Shown here: in pieces, positions 8,955 to 19,596 of the stretch | Position numbering within the stretch: position 1 is the first letter of the stretch | Layout of the letters: every line of letters starts with the position of its first letter | Source: the human T2T-CHM13v2.0 reference genome, Homo sapiens | Length of the DNA: 64,000 nucleotides | Assembly: GCF_009914755.1 (NCBI RefSeq) | Contig: NC_060938.1 | Reading direction: 5' to 3' (one strand) | Translations under genes and position numbers: made by a program | The notes under the pieces: model-generated | Seen by the model: the letters and a program-made list of their open reading frames with translations, nothing else | What the model was told of the DNA's origin: nothing | Database searches by the model: none

Positions 8955-9420
8955 ATGGTGACGCTATCTACCAGGACATAGCATTAGATTCCAAAGGGCC
9001 GAGTCCCGCCAGACAGGCCTCCCACACTAATAACAATGGGAAGCCCTACGTTGCTTTACCTGTGCTTCTCAGCCACTGGCTATAAATCAGGTTGCCACCA
9101 CTCCCAGATTTAGTTGCATTCATTTTCTGGAAGAGCTCACAGCACGCAGGGAAACACTTACATTTGCCGTTGTATTTTAGCGGACATTGCACAAAGTTCA
9201 GAAATAAATGTGGGGCCCGGCATGTGGGGAGGGGGGCACTACCTTCCAGGAAGTGTTATCCAGAAGCTCTCTGAACCCAGTCCTTTTGGGTTTTGATGGA
9301 GACCTCATTCTATAGGCATGATGGGTTAAACCATAGGCTATTGGTGATCAACTCCACCTGGGGCTCTCCACCCTCCTTGGAAATTGGTGTTGAGGCTTTG
9401 CCATTCTCAGTCTGACTAAA
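8955..9420. mobile_element. MER21-like LTR fragment; in units 1-9
   Basis: CTGGCTATAAATCAG, AGCTCACAG...CAGGGAAACACTTAC, AAGCTCTCTGAACCCAGTCCTTTTGGGTTTT and GGTGATCAACTC resemble MER21B/C. Copies near 15228, 21516, 27796, then every 6280 bp. Confidence 0.7.
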
Positions 9421-9644
9421 AGAATTTACCCAAACGGAATTTTAAAACAGATGAGCATAACTGGAATCTTAATTATATGATTGGATTATCTGGAGCCACA
9501 CCTTGATATTCCTAACCCGAGCACCCTCATCCAACGAATGCTCCACCCAACTGGCTCCCAAGTCTCTACGTGGTTCCAGAGCAAAAGGATGTTGATACAA
9601 CGCATATCTCCACCTTTTCTTCAAAGTCTTTTCGCTTACACGGA

Positions 9645-9775
9645 AAGACTTCTTCAACTGCCATTCATCAGGGTCAGGGGGAGGTCTTGTTAAAACACAG
9701 ATCTGCGGATCTCCGGCGTTTGACAGTGGCAAGGATGCTGCTGGTGTCAAAACCACAACGTGGGAACCACAGAAC
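9645..9775. mobile_element. hAT-Charlie MER5-like remnant; in units 1-9
   Basis: CATCAGG...GAGGTCTTGTTAAAACACAGAT...GATGCTGCTGGT...ACCACA...GAACCAC resembles MER5A/B. Copies near 15914, 22202, then every 6280 bp. Confidence 0.55.
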
Positions 9776-9946
9776 CACTAGTGGGTTTTCAGTGTTTCAG
9801 TGCATACAATTCCTAATATTTCTGGCCAAGAAAACTTGTAAGTTCTTAGATTGTCCCAAAGGTGGCGCATGAAATCAAAGCAGGAGAACAGTTTCCTACG
9901 AGGTGTAGCCTGGGAAAGTTGGGGGTGACTGATGGAAAGGAGGAGT

Positions 9947-10025
9947 GAAGCTCCGCCCTTTCCGCTGCTAGGCTGCGCCCGAGGCTATTTAAACCCACCC
10001 TGCCTGGCCTGTACTCAGATCTTCG
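9947..10025 (+). promoter_or_regulatory. Candidate core promoter, unit 2 (intact GC box, TATTTAAA, Inr)
   Basis: CCGCCC 9953-9958; TATTTAAA 9986-9993; TCAGATC with its A at 10017. Confidence 0.5.
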
Positions 10026-10142
10026 CGGAGCGGATCAGCGGCCGGAGCCTTTGGCGGACTCTGCGTGGACTTGGAGCTCACAGCGTCTTGCGACTTGGAA
10101 GCGGATTCAGAGGACAGGACAGAACACTTGGGCAAGTGAATC

Positions 10143-10173
<31 letters not shown>

Positions 10174-10334
10174 CATTGGTTGGTTGATTTCCATTTTCTT
10201 AAGGGGCACATACCTCACACCGCACACACACACGCACACACACACACACACACGCACACACACGCACACACACTCCTTCCTTCTGCGAGTTAGAACATTA
10301 GTAGGGGCCCCTGGGAGCTGCAGGTTTCCTAATC

Positions 10335-13316
10335 ATGTCTGCACCTAAGAACAGTAGGGTCTTGTCTGGCTCTTCTTATGAACGGTCCCCCAGCCCGAAC
10401 TCCCCAAGGTCCATGCGAGCCTCACCCAGCTTCTCCCTCTCCCCTCTCAGAAACTCAGGCTTAAGGGGAAGCTCCTCACCAGGGATCGGGAGCTACCATT
10501 CACCATCCCCTAGGGCTTCACCACACTCACCTCTGTCACCACCAGAATCCCACAAGCTCCCATTTCCCTGTCCTCACCGTGATGGGCAATCAATGAAGCC
10601 ATTGGGCTCTCCCGTGTCCTCCTCTGAGGATTCCTCAGAGTCCCCACGTTCATCAACAATATACCACATGTTCTTACTGCCATCACCCAGCAGCTCACCC
10701 CCAGCTCTCGGGGGGTCTCCTGTGTCTCCCAGCTACTCTCCAAACAACCCCAGATTTCAGCTGCGGTCAGCCCCCCACACCCAGGAATCACCTACAAATT
10801 CACGAGCCTCACAGTGCTCCACCCCCTTGTCTTTCATCTCTTCACCCCCAGGCCTCAGGGACTCTCCTGTGGCTCCCAGTTCCTCTCCAGCCATCCGCAG
10901 GTTCCTGCGGGAGTCAGCCCCATGCACCCAGGAGTCCCCCAGAGACTCACAGGTCTTGGGAGATTATGAGCGGTCCCTCAGCCCTGACTCCTCAAGATTC
11001 ATGCCTGCCTCACCCAGCTTCTCCCTCTCCCCTCCCAGAAACTCAGACCCAAGGGGCAGCTCCTCACCAGGGATGTGGAAGTCCTCTACATCATCCCGCA
11101 GGGCTTCACCACTCTCACATCCGTCATCAACAGAATTCCACAACTTTACGTTTCCCTTTCCTAACCAAGCAGGACAGTCACTCATGTCATTGTGTTCTCC
11201 CGTGACCTCCTCTGGAGATTCTTCACAGTCACCTCATTCATCAATAATATACCATATGTTCTTACTGCCATCATCCAGCAGCTCACCCCCAGCCACCCAT
11301 GACTCTCCTGTGTGTCCCAGCTACTCTCCAACTACGCCCAGATTTCAGCGGGAGTCTGTACCCCACACCCCAGAAACACCTACAAACTCACAGACCTCAG
11401 TGAGATCCTCGCCAGTCTCTCTCACGTCTTCACCCCCAGCCCTTACGGACCCTCCAGTCTGTCCCAGCTACTCTCCAACCACGCCCACATTTCAGCGCGG
11501 GTCAGTTCCAGGAACCCAGGGATCACCACCAAGCCCACCGCTTTCACTGAGTTACTCCCCAGTCTCTAGCACGTCTTTATCTCCAACCCTCAGGGACTCG
11601 CCTGTCTGTCCCAGCTACTCTCCAAACACGCCCACACTTCAGCGGGAGTCCGTTGCAGGCACCCAGAAGTCACCACCAAACTCACCAATTTCACTGCGTT
11701 ACTCCCCAGTCTCTCTCATGTCTTCACCATCCCTCAGGGACTCTCCCGTCTGTCCCAGCTACTCTCCAACCACGCCCACATTTCAGCTGGAGTCAGTTCC
11801 AGGCACCCCGGAATCACCACCAAACTCACCAATTTCACTCAGTTACTCCCCAGTCTCTAGCACGTCTTTATCTCCAACCCTCAGGGACTCTCCTGTGTGT
11901 CCCAGCTACTCTCCAACCACGCCCACACTTCAGCGGGAGTCAGTTCCAGGCACCCAGGAATCACCACCAAACTCACCAATTTCACTCAATTACTCTCCAG
12001 TCTCTCTCGTGTCTTCACCAGCCCTCAGGGACTCTCCTGTCTGTCCCAGCTACTCTACAACCACGCCCACATTTCAGCTGGAGTCAGTTCCAGGCACCCC
12101 GGAGTCACCACCAAACTCACCAGTTTCACTCAGTTACTCCCCGGTCTCTCTCATGTCTTCACCCCCAGCCCTCAGGGACTCTCCTGTGCGTCCCAGCTAC
12201 TCTCCAACCATGCCCAGATTCCAGCGGGAGTCAGTTCCAGGCACCCATGTATCACCACCAAACTCAGCAGTTTCACTGAGTTACTCCCCAGTCTCTCTCA
12301 TGTCTTCACCCCCAGACCCCTGGGACTCTCCTGTCTGTCCCAGCTACTCTCCCACCACGCCCAGATTTCAGCGGCAGTCAGCCTCCCACACTCCGGAATC
12401 AGATACAGACTCACAGACTTCACTGAACTCCTCCCTGGTCTCTCTCAGGTCTTTGCCCTCATCCCACAGGGACTCTTGTGTCTCTTTCAGCTACTCTCAA
12501 AACTTCTCTAGATTCCAGCTGGAGTCAGTTCCAGGCACCCACGATACACCACCGAACTCACGAATTTCACTGACTTACGCCCCAGTCTCCCTCATGTTCT
12601 CACCCCCAGCCCTCAGGGACTCTTCTGTCTCTCTCAGCTACTCTCCAACCATCTCCAGATTTCACCTGGAGTCAGCTTCCCACACCCTGGAATCACCTGC
12701 AAACTCACGGACCTTACTGCAACCATCCCCCATTTCTTTCACCTCTTCACCCCCTGCCTTCAGGGACTCTCCTGGGTCTCCCAGCTTCTCTCCAGCCTTC
12801 CCCAGATTTCTGCCACAGTCAGCCCCAGGCACCCAGGACAACCCTAGACACTCACAGGCCTCACCAGACTATCTCCCTATGACCTGTACCTATACAGGGA
12901 TGGCTCCCACGCATCCCTCAGTGACCCCAAACCCATCTCCACTTACACTCAGGCACTCCCAGGGCCTGACAGCTACTCCCCGTTATTGTCCTTCAGTTCG
13001 AAGCCCTGGCCAATCTACTAGCCCACATGACGCAGTTACCTGGCCATTTCTCCACGGTTCCCGGGAGGGCCCCACACCCAGCCGCACAAGAGCCCCTCCT
13101 GCATTCCGTCCTCACACGCAGGCCTGTCCATCTACTTGCTACTGTCACACTCTTGCCAGCAGAAGAGGCCCCTGTAATGGCCGATATCACCACCCAGTCT
13201 ATCCTCACCCCACAGCTGTGCAGCGGGAACCCCCTGCTGGCCCACGTGGCTGCCACAGCCCATGCTGGCACGACGCTCCAGCAGGTCGGCGTCCCTGCGG
13301 GCCAAACTACCGGTGA
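10335..13316 (+). CDS. CTD-heptad-like Ser/Pro-rich repeat protein, 993 aa, unit 2
   Basis: Intact ATG-to-TGA ORF; paralogue of 2609-7036 with 10 fewer monomers. Confidence 0.6.
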   Translation: MSAPKNSRVLSGSSYERSPSPNSPRSMRASPSFSLSPLRNSGLRGSSSPGIGSYHSPSPRASPHSPLSPPESHKLPFPCPHRDGQSMKPLGSPVSSSEDSSESPRSSTIYHMFLLPSPSSSPPALGGSPVSPSYSPNNPRFQLRSAPHTQESPTNSRASQCSTPLSFISSPPGLRDSPVAPSSSPAIRRFLRESAPCTQESPRDSQVLGDYERSLSPDSSRFMPASPSFSLSPPRNSDPRGSSSPGMWKSSTSSRRASPLSHPSSTEFHNFTFPFPNQAGQSLMSLCSPVTSSGDSSQSPHSSIIYHMFLLPSSSSSPPATHDSPVCPSYSPTTPRFQRESVPHTPETPTNSQTSVRSSPVSLTSSPPALTDPPVCPSYSPTTPTFQRGSVPGTQGSPPSPPLSLSYSPVSSTSLSPTLRDSPVCPSYSPNTPTLQRESVAGTQKSPPNSPISLRYSPVSLMSSPSLRDSPVCPSYSPTTPTFQLESVPGTPESPPNSPISLSYSPVSSTSLSPTLRDSPVCPSYSPTTPTLQRESVPGTQESPPNSPISLNYSPVSLVSSPALRDSPVCPSYSTTTPTFQLESVPGTPESPPNSPVSLSYSPVSLMSSPPALRDSPVRPSYSPTMPRFQRESVPGTHVSPPNSAVSLSYSPVSLMSSPPDPWDSPVCPSYSPTTPRFQRQSASHTPESDTDSQTSLNSSLVSLRSLPSSHRDSCVSFSYSQNFSRFQLESVPGTHDTPPNSRISLTYAPVSLMFSPPALRDSSVSLSYSPTISRFHLESASHTLESPANSRTLLQPSPISFTSSPPAFRDSPGSPSFSPAFPRFLPQSAPGTQDNPRHSQASPDYLPMTCTYTGMAPTHPSVTPNPSPLTLRHSQGLTATPRYCPSVRSPGQSTSPHDAVTWPFLHGSREGPTPSRTRAPPAFRPHTQACPSTCYCHTLASRRGPCNGRYHHPVYPHPTAVQREPPAGPRGCHSPCWHDAPAGRRPCGPNYR

Positions 13317-16300
13317 CATGTCTAGCGTCACCCTCCTTCCTGGCAGTGACACTGTTGATGTGAACCCCAATTTCACATCTGTCATTTGTAAATAGGACCA
13401 TTTTCCCTTTTCGCTCTCCCTTCCATTCACAGGGCTTTTCATTCTCTCTGTTACTGCCTCCGTTTCAGATATTTACTCACCTTTTTCTCTCTCACTATGT
13501 CTGCCGTGGGCTCCATGAGAGTGCGCCACATAAGATTCCCCCATTAAAAGTCATGAATTGAGTGGCTTTTAGTATACCTGTGGTTGTGCACATTCAAATT
13601 TAATTCGCAATTCATTGTAGAACGTCTTATCACTCCCGGCCAGAGAAAAACCCTGTAGACATTAGTCACTCCTCATTCTGTCTCAAACCCTCTCCCTCAC
13701 CCGCAGCCCTAGGTAGCAACTACCTAGTGCGATCAATCCCATATGCATAGATTACCATATTGTGGACATTTCCTATAAGCGGAATTGCACAATAGGGGAG
13801 CTGTTATGACTGACATAACACGTAACACAATATTTTCAAGATTCGTCCACATTGTAGGCTTACCCACAGGGGGAAACCATTTTTTTGGGGGCTTTTAGTA
13901 ACACCGGTGTTTTCTCCTTCGTTACGTCCTTCTTTCCTTCCTTCCTTCCTTCCTTCCTTCCTGACTTCCTTCTTTCCTTCCCTCCTTCCTCCTATTTCTC
14001 TCTTACTCCTTCTGCCCTCTCTCTTTCCTATGCCTTAGGTGCATCCCACATTCTGCGTTTTTTTGGGGAAATCCTCGACAGGTGCAGGAAAATTGTGTTA
14101 TTGTAACTATTTACCGTTATCTCTCTTTCACGGCTCTCCATCAGTTGTGAACATCTATTGGTTTATCCCAAGTCTCTAAGCATATTTTCATTAGGTAAAC
14201 CTGTTTTTCCTTATACAGCTGTTTCTGGAGTATAGGGTCGCATACTCATAAACCCAGTGTAACTCAGAAACGCATCTAATATTCCAGTAAACCCATCATA
14301 ACGTTGAAAAATCGTAAATCAAACCATCATAAGTCACGGTTTGTCCGTGGATATGGGCCTCATCAATTCCATTGTATTCAGTAATGCTGTACACCATTAA
14401 CAATGGCAGACTGATTGGGAGTGGATATTGATAGCATTATAAAAGTCAGTTATTAGAGGGATACTTCTTTAACCTGACTGAAGAACTGATCTAATGGCTT
14501 TAGTACAGTGCATGATTATGTGCGATGTTTTGAGACAGAGTAGTACATTTGTGAATGAAATTTTATGGCTTTTTTTTTCACTTAGTAGGAACCATTGTGT
14601 GTGGAAAAGTGAGAAAATGGCTTTCTGCTGTAGGGTCTGGCATTCATTGTAGATGTAAGCTTATTTTTCTGTGAGCAAATCTTATTCAATAAAATACTAC
14701 TCTTTATACTAAAAAACAAAAACAGTGGTGATGTGTGGTCATTATCCTCAGCAAACTTATCCAGGGAAAGAAAACCAAACGCCACAACTCACTTATAATG
14801 GGAGCTGAAAAATGAGATCCCATGGACACAGGAAGGGGAACAACACACACTGGGGCCTTCCGGGAGACAGAGCGTTAAGAAAAACAGCTACTGCATGCTG
14901 GGATTAATACCTAGGTGATGGGTTGACAGGTGCAGCAAACCACCATGGCACACGTTTACCTTAGTAACAAATCTGCACATCATGCACATATACCCCAGAA
15001 CTTAGGAACGAAACGAAACAAAAGACAACGAAAAAGCAACAGCAAAACGCTAAAGGCAAAATAAAGTTTCAAACTGAGAAAGTGACAGACCAACGTCTGG
15101 TTCAAATCATGGTTCTCAACCCAGGTGCCATAAGGTCAGGATAAAGGATGTGATTACATATTGTCAATAAGACATGCAGCAAATGACCAGAATGATTATT
15201 CTCAACATATGAGTGTCTTCTAATTCAATGGCGACGCTATCTACCGGGACATAGCATTAGATTCCAAAGGGCCGAGTCCCGCCAGACAGGCCTCCCACAC
15301 TAATAACAATGGGAAGCCCTACGTTGCTTTACCTGTGCTTCTCAGCCACTGGCTATAAATCAGGTTGCCACCACTCCCAGATTTAGTTGCATTCATTTGC
15401 TGGAAGAGCTCACAGCACGCAGGGAAACACATTTGCCGTTGTATTTTAGCGGACATTGCACAAAGTTCAGAAATAAATGTGGGGCCCGGCATGTGGGGAG
15501 GGGCGCACTACCTTCCAGGAAGTGCTATCCAGAAGCTCTCTGAACCCAGTCCTTTTGGGTTTTGATGGAGACCTCATTCTATAGGCATGATGGGTTAAAC
15601 CATAGGCTATTGGTGATCAACTCCACCTGGGGCTCTCCACCCTCCCTGGAAATTGGGGTTGAGGCTTTGCCATCCTCAGTCTGACTAAAAGAATTTACCC
15701 AAACGGAATTTTAAAACCGATGAGCATAACTGGAATCTTAATTAGATGATTGGATTATCTGGAGCCACACCTTGATATTCCTAACCCGAGCACCCTCATC
15801 CAACGAATGCTCCACCCAACTGGCTCCCAAGTCTCTACGTGGTTCCAGAGCAAAAGGATGTTGATACAACGCATATCTCCACCTTTTCTTCAAAGTCTTT
15901 ACGCTTACACGGAAAGACTTCTTCAACTGCCATGCATCAGGGTCAGGGGGAGGTCTTGTTACAACACAGATCTGCGGATCTCCGGGGTTTGACTGTGGCA
16001 AGGATGCTGCTGGTGTCAAAACCACAACGTGGGAACCACAGAACCACTAGTGGGTTTTCAGTGTTTCAGTGCATACAATTCCTAATATATCTGGCTAAGA
16101 AAACTTGTAAGTTCTTAGATTGTCCCAAAGGTGGCGCATGAAATCAAAGCAGGAGAACAGTTTCCTTACGAGGTGTAGCCTGGGAAAGTTGGGGGTGACT
16201 GATGGAAAGGAGGAGTGAAGCTCCACCCTTTCCGCTGCTAGGCTGCGGCCGAGGCAATTTAAACCCACCCTGGCTGGCCTGTACTCAGATCTTCGCGGAG

Positions 16301-16412
16301 CGGATCAGCGGCCGGAGCGTTTGGCGGACTCTGCGTGGACTTGGAGCTCACAGCGTCTTGCGACTTGGAAGCGGATTCAGAGGACAGGACAGAACACTTG
16401 GACAAGTGAATC

Positions 16413-16443
<31 letters not shown>

Positions 16444-16614
16444 CATTGGTTGGTTGATTTCCATTTTCTTAAGGGGCACATACCTCACACCGCACACACA
16501 CAAACACACACACGCACACACACACACACACACGCACACACACGCACACACACTCCTTCCTTCTGCGAGTTAGAACATTAGTAGGGGCCCCTGGGAGCTG
16601 CAGGTTTCCTAAAC

Positions 16615-19596
16615 ATGTCTGCACCTAAGAACAGTAGGGTCTTGTCTGGCTCTTCTTATGAACGGTCCCCCAGCCCGGACTCCCCAAGGTCCATGCGAGC
16701 CTCACCCAGCTTCTCCCTCTCCCCTCTCAGAAACTCAGGCTTAAGGGGAAGCTCCTCACCAGGGATCGGGAGCTACCATTCACCATCCCCTAGGGCTTCA
16801 CCACACTCACCTCTGTCATCACCAGAATCCCACAAGCTCCCATTTCCCTGTCCTCACCGTGATGGGCAATCAATAAAGCCATTGGGCTCTCCCGTGTCCT
16901 CCTCTGAGGAATCCTCAGAGTCCCCACGTTCATCAATAATATACCACATGTTCTTACTGCCATCACCCAGCAGCTCACCCCCAGCTCTCGGGGGGTCTCC
17001 TGTGTCTCCCAGCTACTCTCCAAACAACCCCAGATTTCAGCTGCGGTCAGCCCCCCACACCAAGGAATCACCTACAAACTCACGAGCCTCACTTTTCTCC
17101 ACCCCTGTGTCTTTCATCTCTTCACCCCCAGGCCTCAGGGACCCTCCTGTGGCTCCCAGTTACTCTCCAGCCATCCCCAGGTTCCTGCGCGAGTCAGCCC
17201 CATACACCCAGGAGTCCCCCAGAGACTCACAGGTCTTGGGAGATTATGAGCGGTCCCTCAGCCCTGACTCCTCAAGATTCATGCCTGCCTCACCCAGCTT
17301 CTCCCTCTCCCCTCCCAGAAACTCAGACCCAAGGGGCAGCTCCTCACCAGGGATGTGGAAGTTCTCTACGTCATCCCGCAGGGCTTCACCACTCTCACAT
17401 CCGTCATCAACAGAATTCCACAACTTTACGTTTCCCTTTCCTAACCAAGCAGGACAGTCACTCATGTCATTGTGTTCTCCCGTGACCTCCTCTGGAGATT
17501 CTTCACAGTCACCTCATTCATCAATAATATACCATATGTTCTTACTGCCATCATCCAGCAGCTCACCCCCTGCCACCCATGACTCTCCTGTCTGTCCCAG
17601 CTACTCTCCAACTACGCCCAGATTTCAGCGGGAGTCTGTACCCCACACCCCAGAAACACCTACAAACTCACAGACCTCAGTGAGATCCTCGCCAGTCTCT
17701 CTCACGTCTTCACCCCCAGCCCTTACGGACCCTCCAGTCTGTCCCAGCTACTCTCCAACCACGCCCACATTTCAGCGCGGGTCAGTTCCAGGAACCCAGG
17801 GATCACCACCAAGCCCACCGCTTTCACTGAGTTACTCCCCAGTCTCTAGCACGTCTTTATCTCCAACCCTCAGGGACTCGCCTGTCTGTCCCAGCTACTC
17901 TCCAAACACGCCCACACTTCAGCGGCAGTCCGTTGCAGGCACCCAGAAGTCACCACCAAACTCACCAATTTCACTGCGTTACTCCCCAGTCTCTCTCATG
18001 TCTTCACCATCCCTCAGGGACTCTCCCGTCTGTCCCAGCTACTCTCCAACCACGCCCACATTTCAGCTGGAGTCAGTTCCAGGCACCCCGGAATCACCAC
18101 CAAACTCACCAATTTCACTCAGTTACTCCCCAGTCTCTAGCACGTCTTTATCTCTAACCCTCAGGGACTCTCCTGTGTGTCCCAGCTACTCTCCAACCAC
18201 GCCCACACTTCAGCGGGAGTCAGTTCCAGGCACCCAGGAATCACCACCAAACTCACCAATTTCACTCAATTACTCTCCAGTCTCTCTCGTGTCTTCACCA
18301 GCCCTCAGGGACTCTCCTGTCTGTCCCAGCTACTCTACAACCACGCCCACATTTCAGCTGGAGTCAGTTCGAGGCACCCCGGAGTCACCACCAAACTCAC
18401 CAGTTTCACTCACTTACTCCTCGGTCTCTCTCATGTCTTCACCCCCAGCCCTCAGGGACTCTCCTGTGCGTCCCAGCTACTCTCCAACCATGCCCAGATT
18501 CCAGCGGGAGTCAGTTCCAGGCACCCATGTATCACCACCAAACTCAGCAGTTTCACTGAGTTACTCCCCAGTCTCTCTCATGTCTTCACCCCCAGACCCC
18601 TGGGACTCTCCTGTCTGTCCCAGCTACTCTCCCACCACGCCCAGATTTCAGCGGCAGTCAGCCTCCCACACTCCGGAATCAGATACAGACTCACAGACTT
18701 CACTGAACTCCTCCCTGGTCTCTCTCAGGTCTTTGCCCTCATCCCACAGGGACTCTTGTGTCTCTTTCAGCTACTCTCAAAACTTCTCTAGATTCCAGCT
18801 GGAGTCAGTTCCAGGCACCCACGATACACCACCGAACTCACGAATTTCACTGACTTACGCCCCAGTCTCCCTCATGTTCTCACCCCCAGCCCTCAGGGAC
18901 TCTTCTGTCTCTCTCAGCTACTCTCCAACCATCTCCAGATTTCACCTGGAGTCAGCTTCCCACACCCTGGAATCACCTGCAAACTCACGGACCTTACTGC
19001 AACCATCCCCCATTTCTTTCACCTCTTCACCCCCTGCCTTCAGGGACTCTCCTGGGTCTCCCAGCTTCTCTCCAGCCTTCCCCAGATTTCTGCCACAGTC
19101 AGCCCCAGGCACCCAGGACAACCCTAGACACTCACAGGCCTCACCAGACTATCTCCCTATGACCTGTACCTATACAGGGATGGCTCCCACGCATCCCTCA
19201 GTGAACCCAAACCCATCTCCACTTACACTCAGGCACTCCCAGGGCCTGACAGCTACTCCCCGTTATTGTCCTTCAGTTCGAAGCCCTGGCCAATCTACTA
19301 GCCCACATGACGCAGTTACCTGGCCATTTCTCCACGGTTCCCGGGAGGGCCCCACACCCAGCCGCACAAGAGCCCCTCCTGCATTCCGTCCTCACACGCA
19401 GGCCTGTCCATCTACTTGCTACTGTCACACTCTTGCCAGCAGAAGAGGCCCCTGTAATGGCCGATATCACCACCCAGTCTATCCTCACCCCACAGCTGTG
19501 CAGCGGGAACCCCCTGCTGGCCCACGTGGCTGCCACAGCCCATGCTGGCACGACGCTCCAGCAGGTCGGCGTCCCTGCGGGCCAAACTACCGGTGA
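16615..19596 (+). CDS. CTD-heptad-like Ser/Pro-rich repeat protein, 993 aa, unit 3
   Basis: Intact ORF; nearly identical to unit 8. Confidence 0.55.
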   Translation: MSAPKNSRVLSGSSYERSPSPDSPRSMRASPSFSLSPLRNSGLRGSSSPGIGSYHSPSPRASPHSPLSSPESHKLPFPCPHRDGQSIKPLGSPVSSSEESSESPRSSIIYHMFLLPSPSSSPPALGGSPVSPSYSPNNPRFQLRSAPHTKESPTNSRASLFSTPVSFISSPPGLRDPPVAPSYSPAIPRFLRESAPYTQESPRDSQVLGDYERSLSPDSSRFMPASPSFSLSPPRNSDPRGSSSPGMWKFSTSSRRASPLSHPSSTEFHNFTFPFPNQAGQSLMSLCSPVTSSGDSSQSPHSSIIYHMFLLPSSSSSPPATHDSPVCPSYSPTTPRFQRESVPHTPETPTNSQTSVRSSPVSLTSSPPALTDPPVCPSYSPTTPTFQRGSVPGTQGSPPSPPLSLSYSPVSSTSLSPTLRDSPVCPSYSPNTPTLQRQSVAGTQKSPPNSPISLRYSPVSLMSSPSLRDSPVCPSYSPTTPTFQLESVPGTPESPPNSPISLSYSPVSSTSLSLTLRDSPVCPSYSPTTPTLQRESVPGTQESPPNSPISLNYSPVSLVSSPALRDSPVCPSYSTTTPTFQLESVRGTPESPPNSPVSLTYSSVSLMSSPPALRDSPVRPSYSPTMPRFQRESVPGTHVSPPNSAVSLSYSPVSLMSSPPDPWDSPVCPSYSPTTPRFQRQSASHTPESDTDSQTSLNSSLVSLRSLPSSHRDSCVSFSYSQNFSRFQLESVPGTHDTPPNSRISLTYAPVSLMFSPPALRDSSVSLSYSPTISRFHLESASHTLESPANSRTLLQPSPISFTSSPPAFRDSPGSPSFSPAFPRFLPQSAPGTQDNPRHSQASPDYLPMTCTYTGMAPTHPSVNPNPSPLTLRHSQGLTATPRYCPSVRSPGQSTSPHDAVTWPFLHGSREGPTPSRTRAPPAFRPHTQACPSTCYCHTLASRRGPCNGRYHHPVYPHPTAVQREPPAGPRGCHSPCWHDAPAGRRPCGPNYR

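Noticed and set aside
8309-9872. Small 60-100 aa ORFs in the spacer, repeated in each unit
   Set aside because: They overlap decayed L1/MER fragments, many start at non-ATG codons, and their recurrence only reflects recent duplication.
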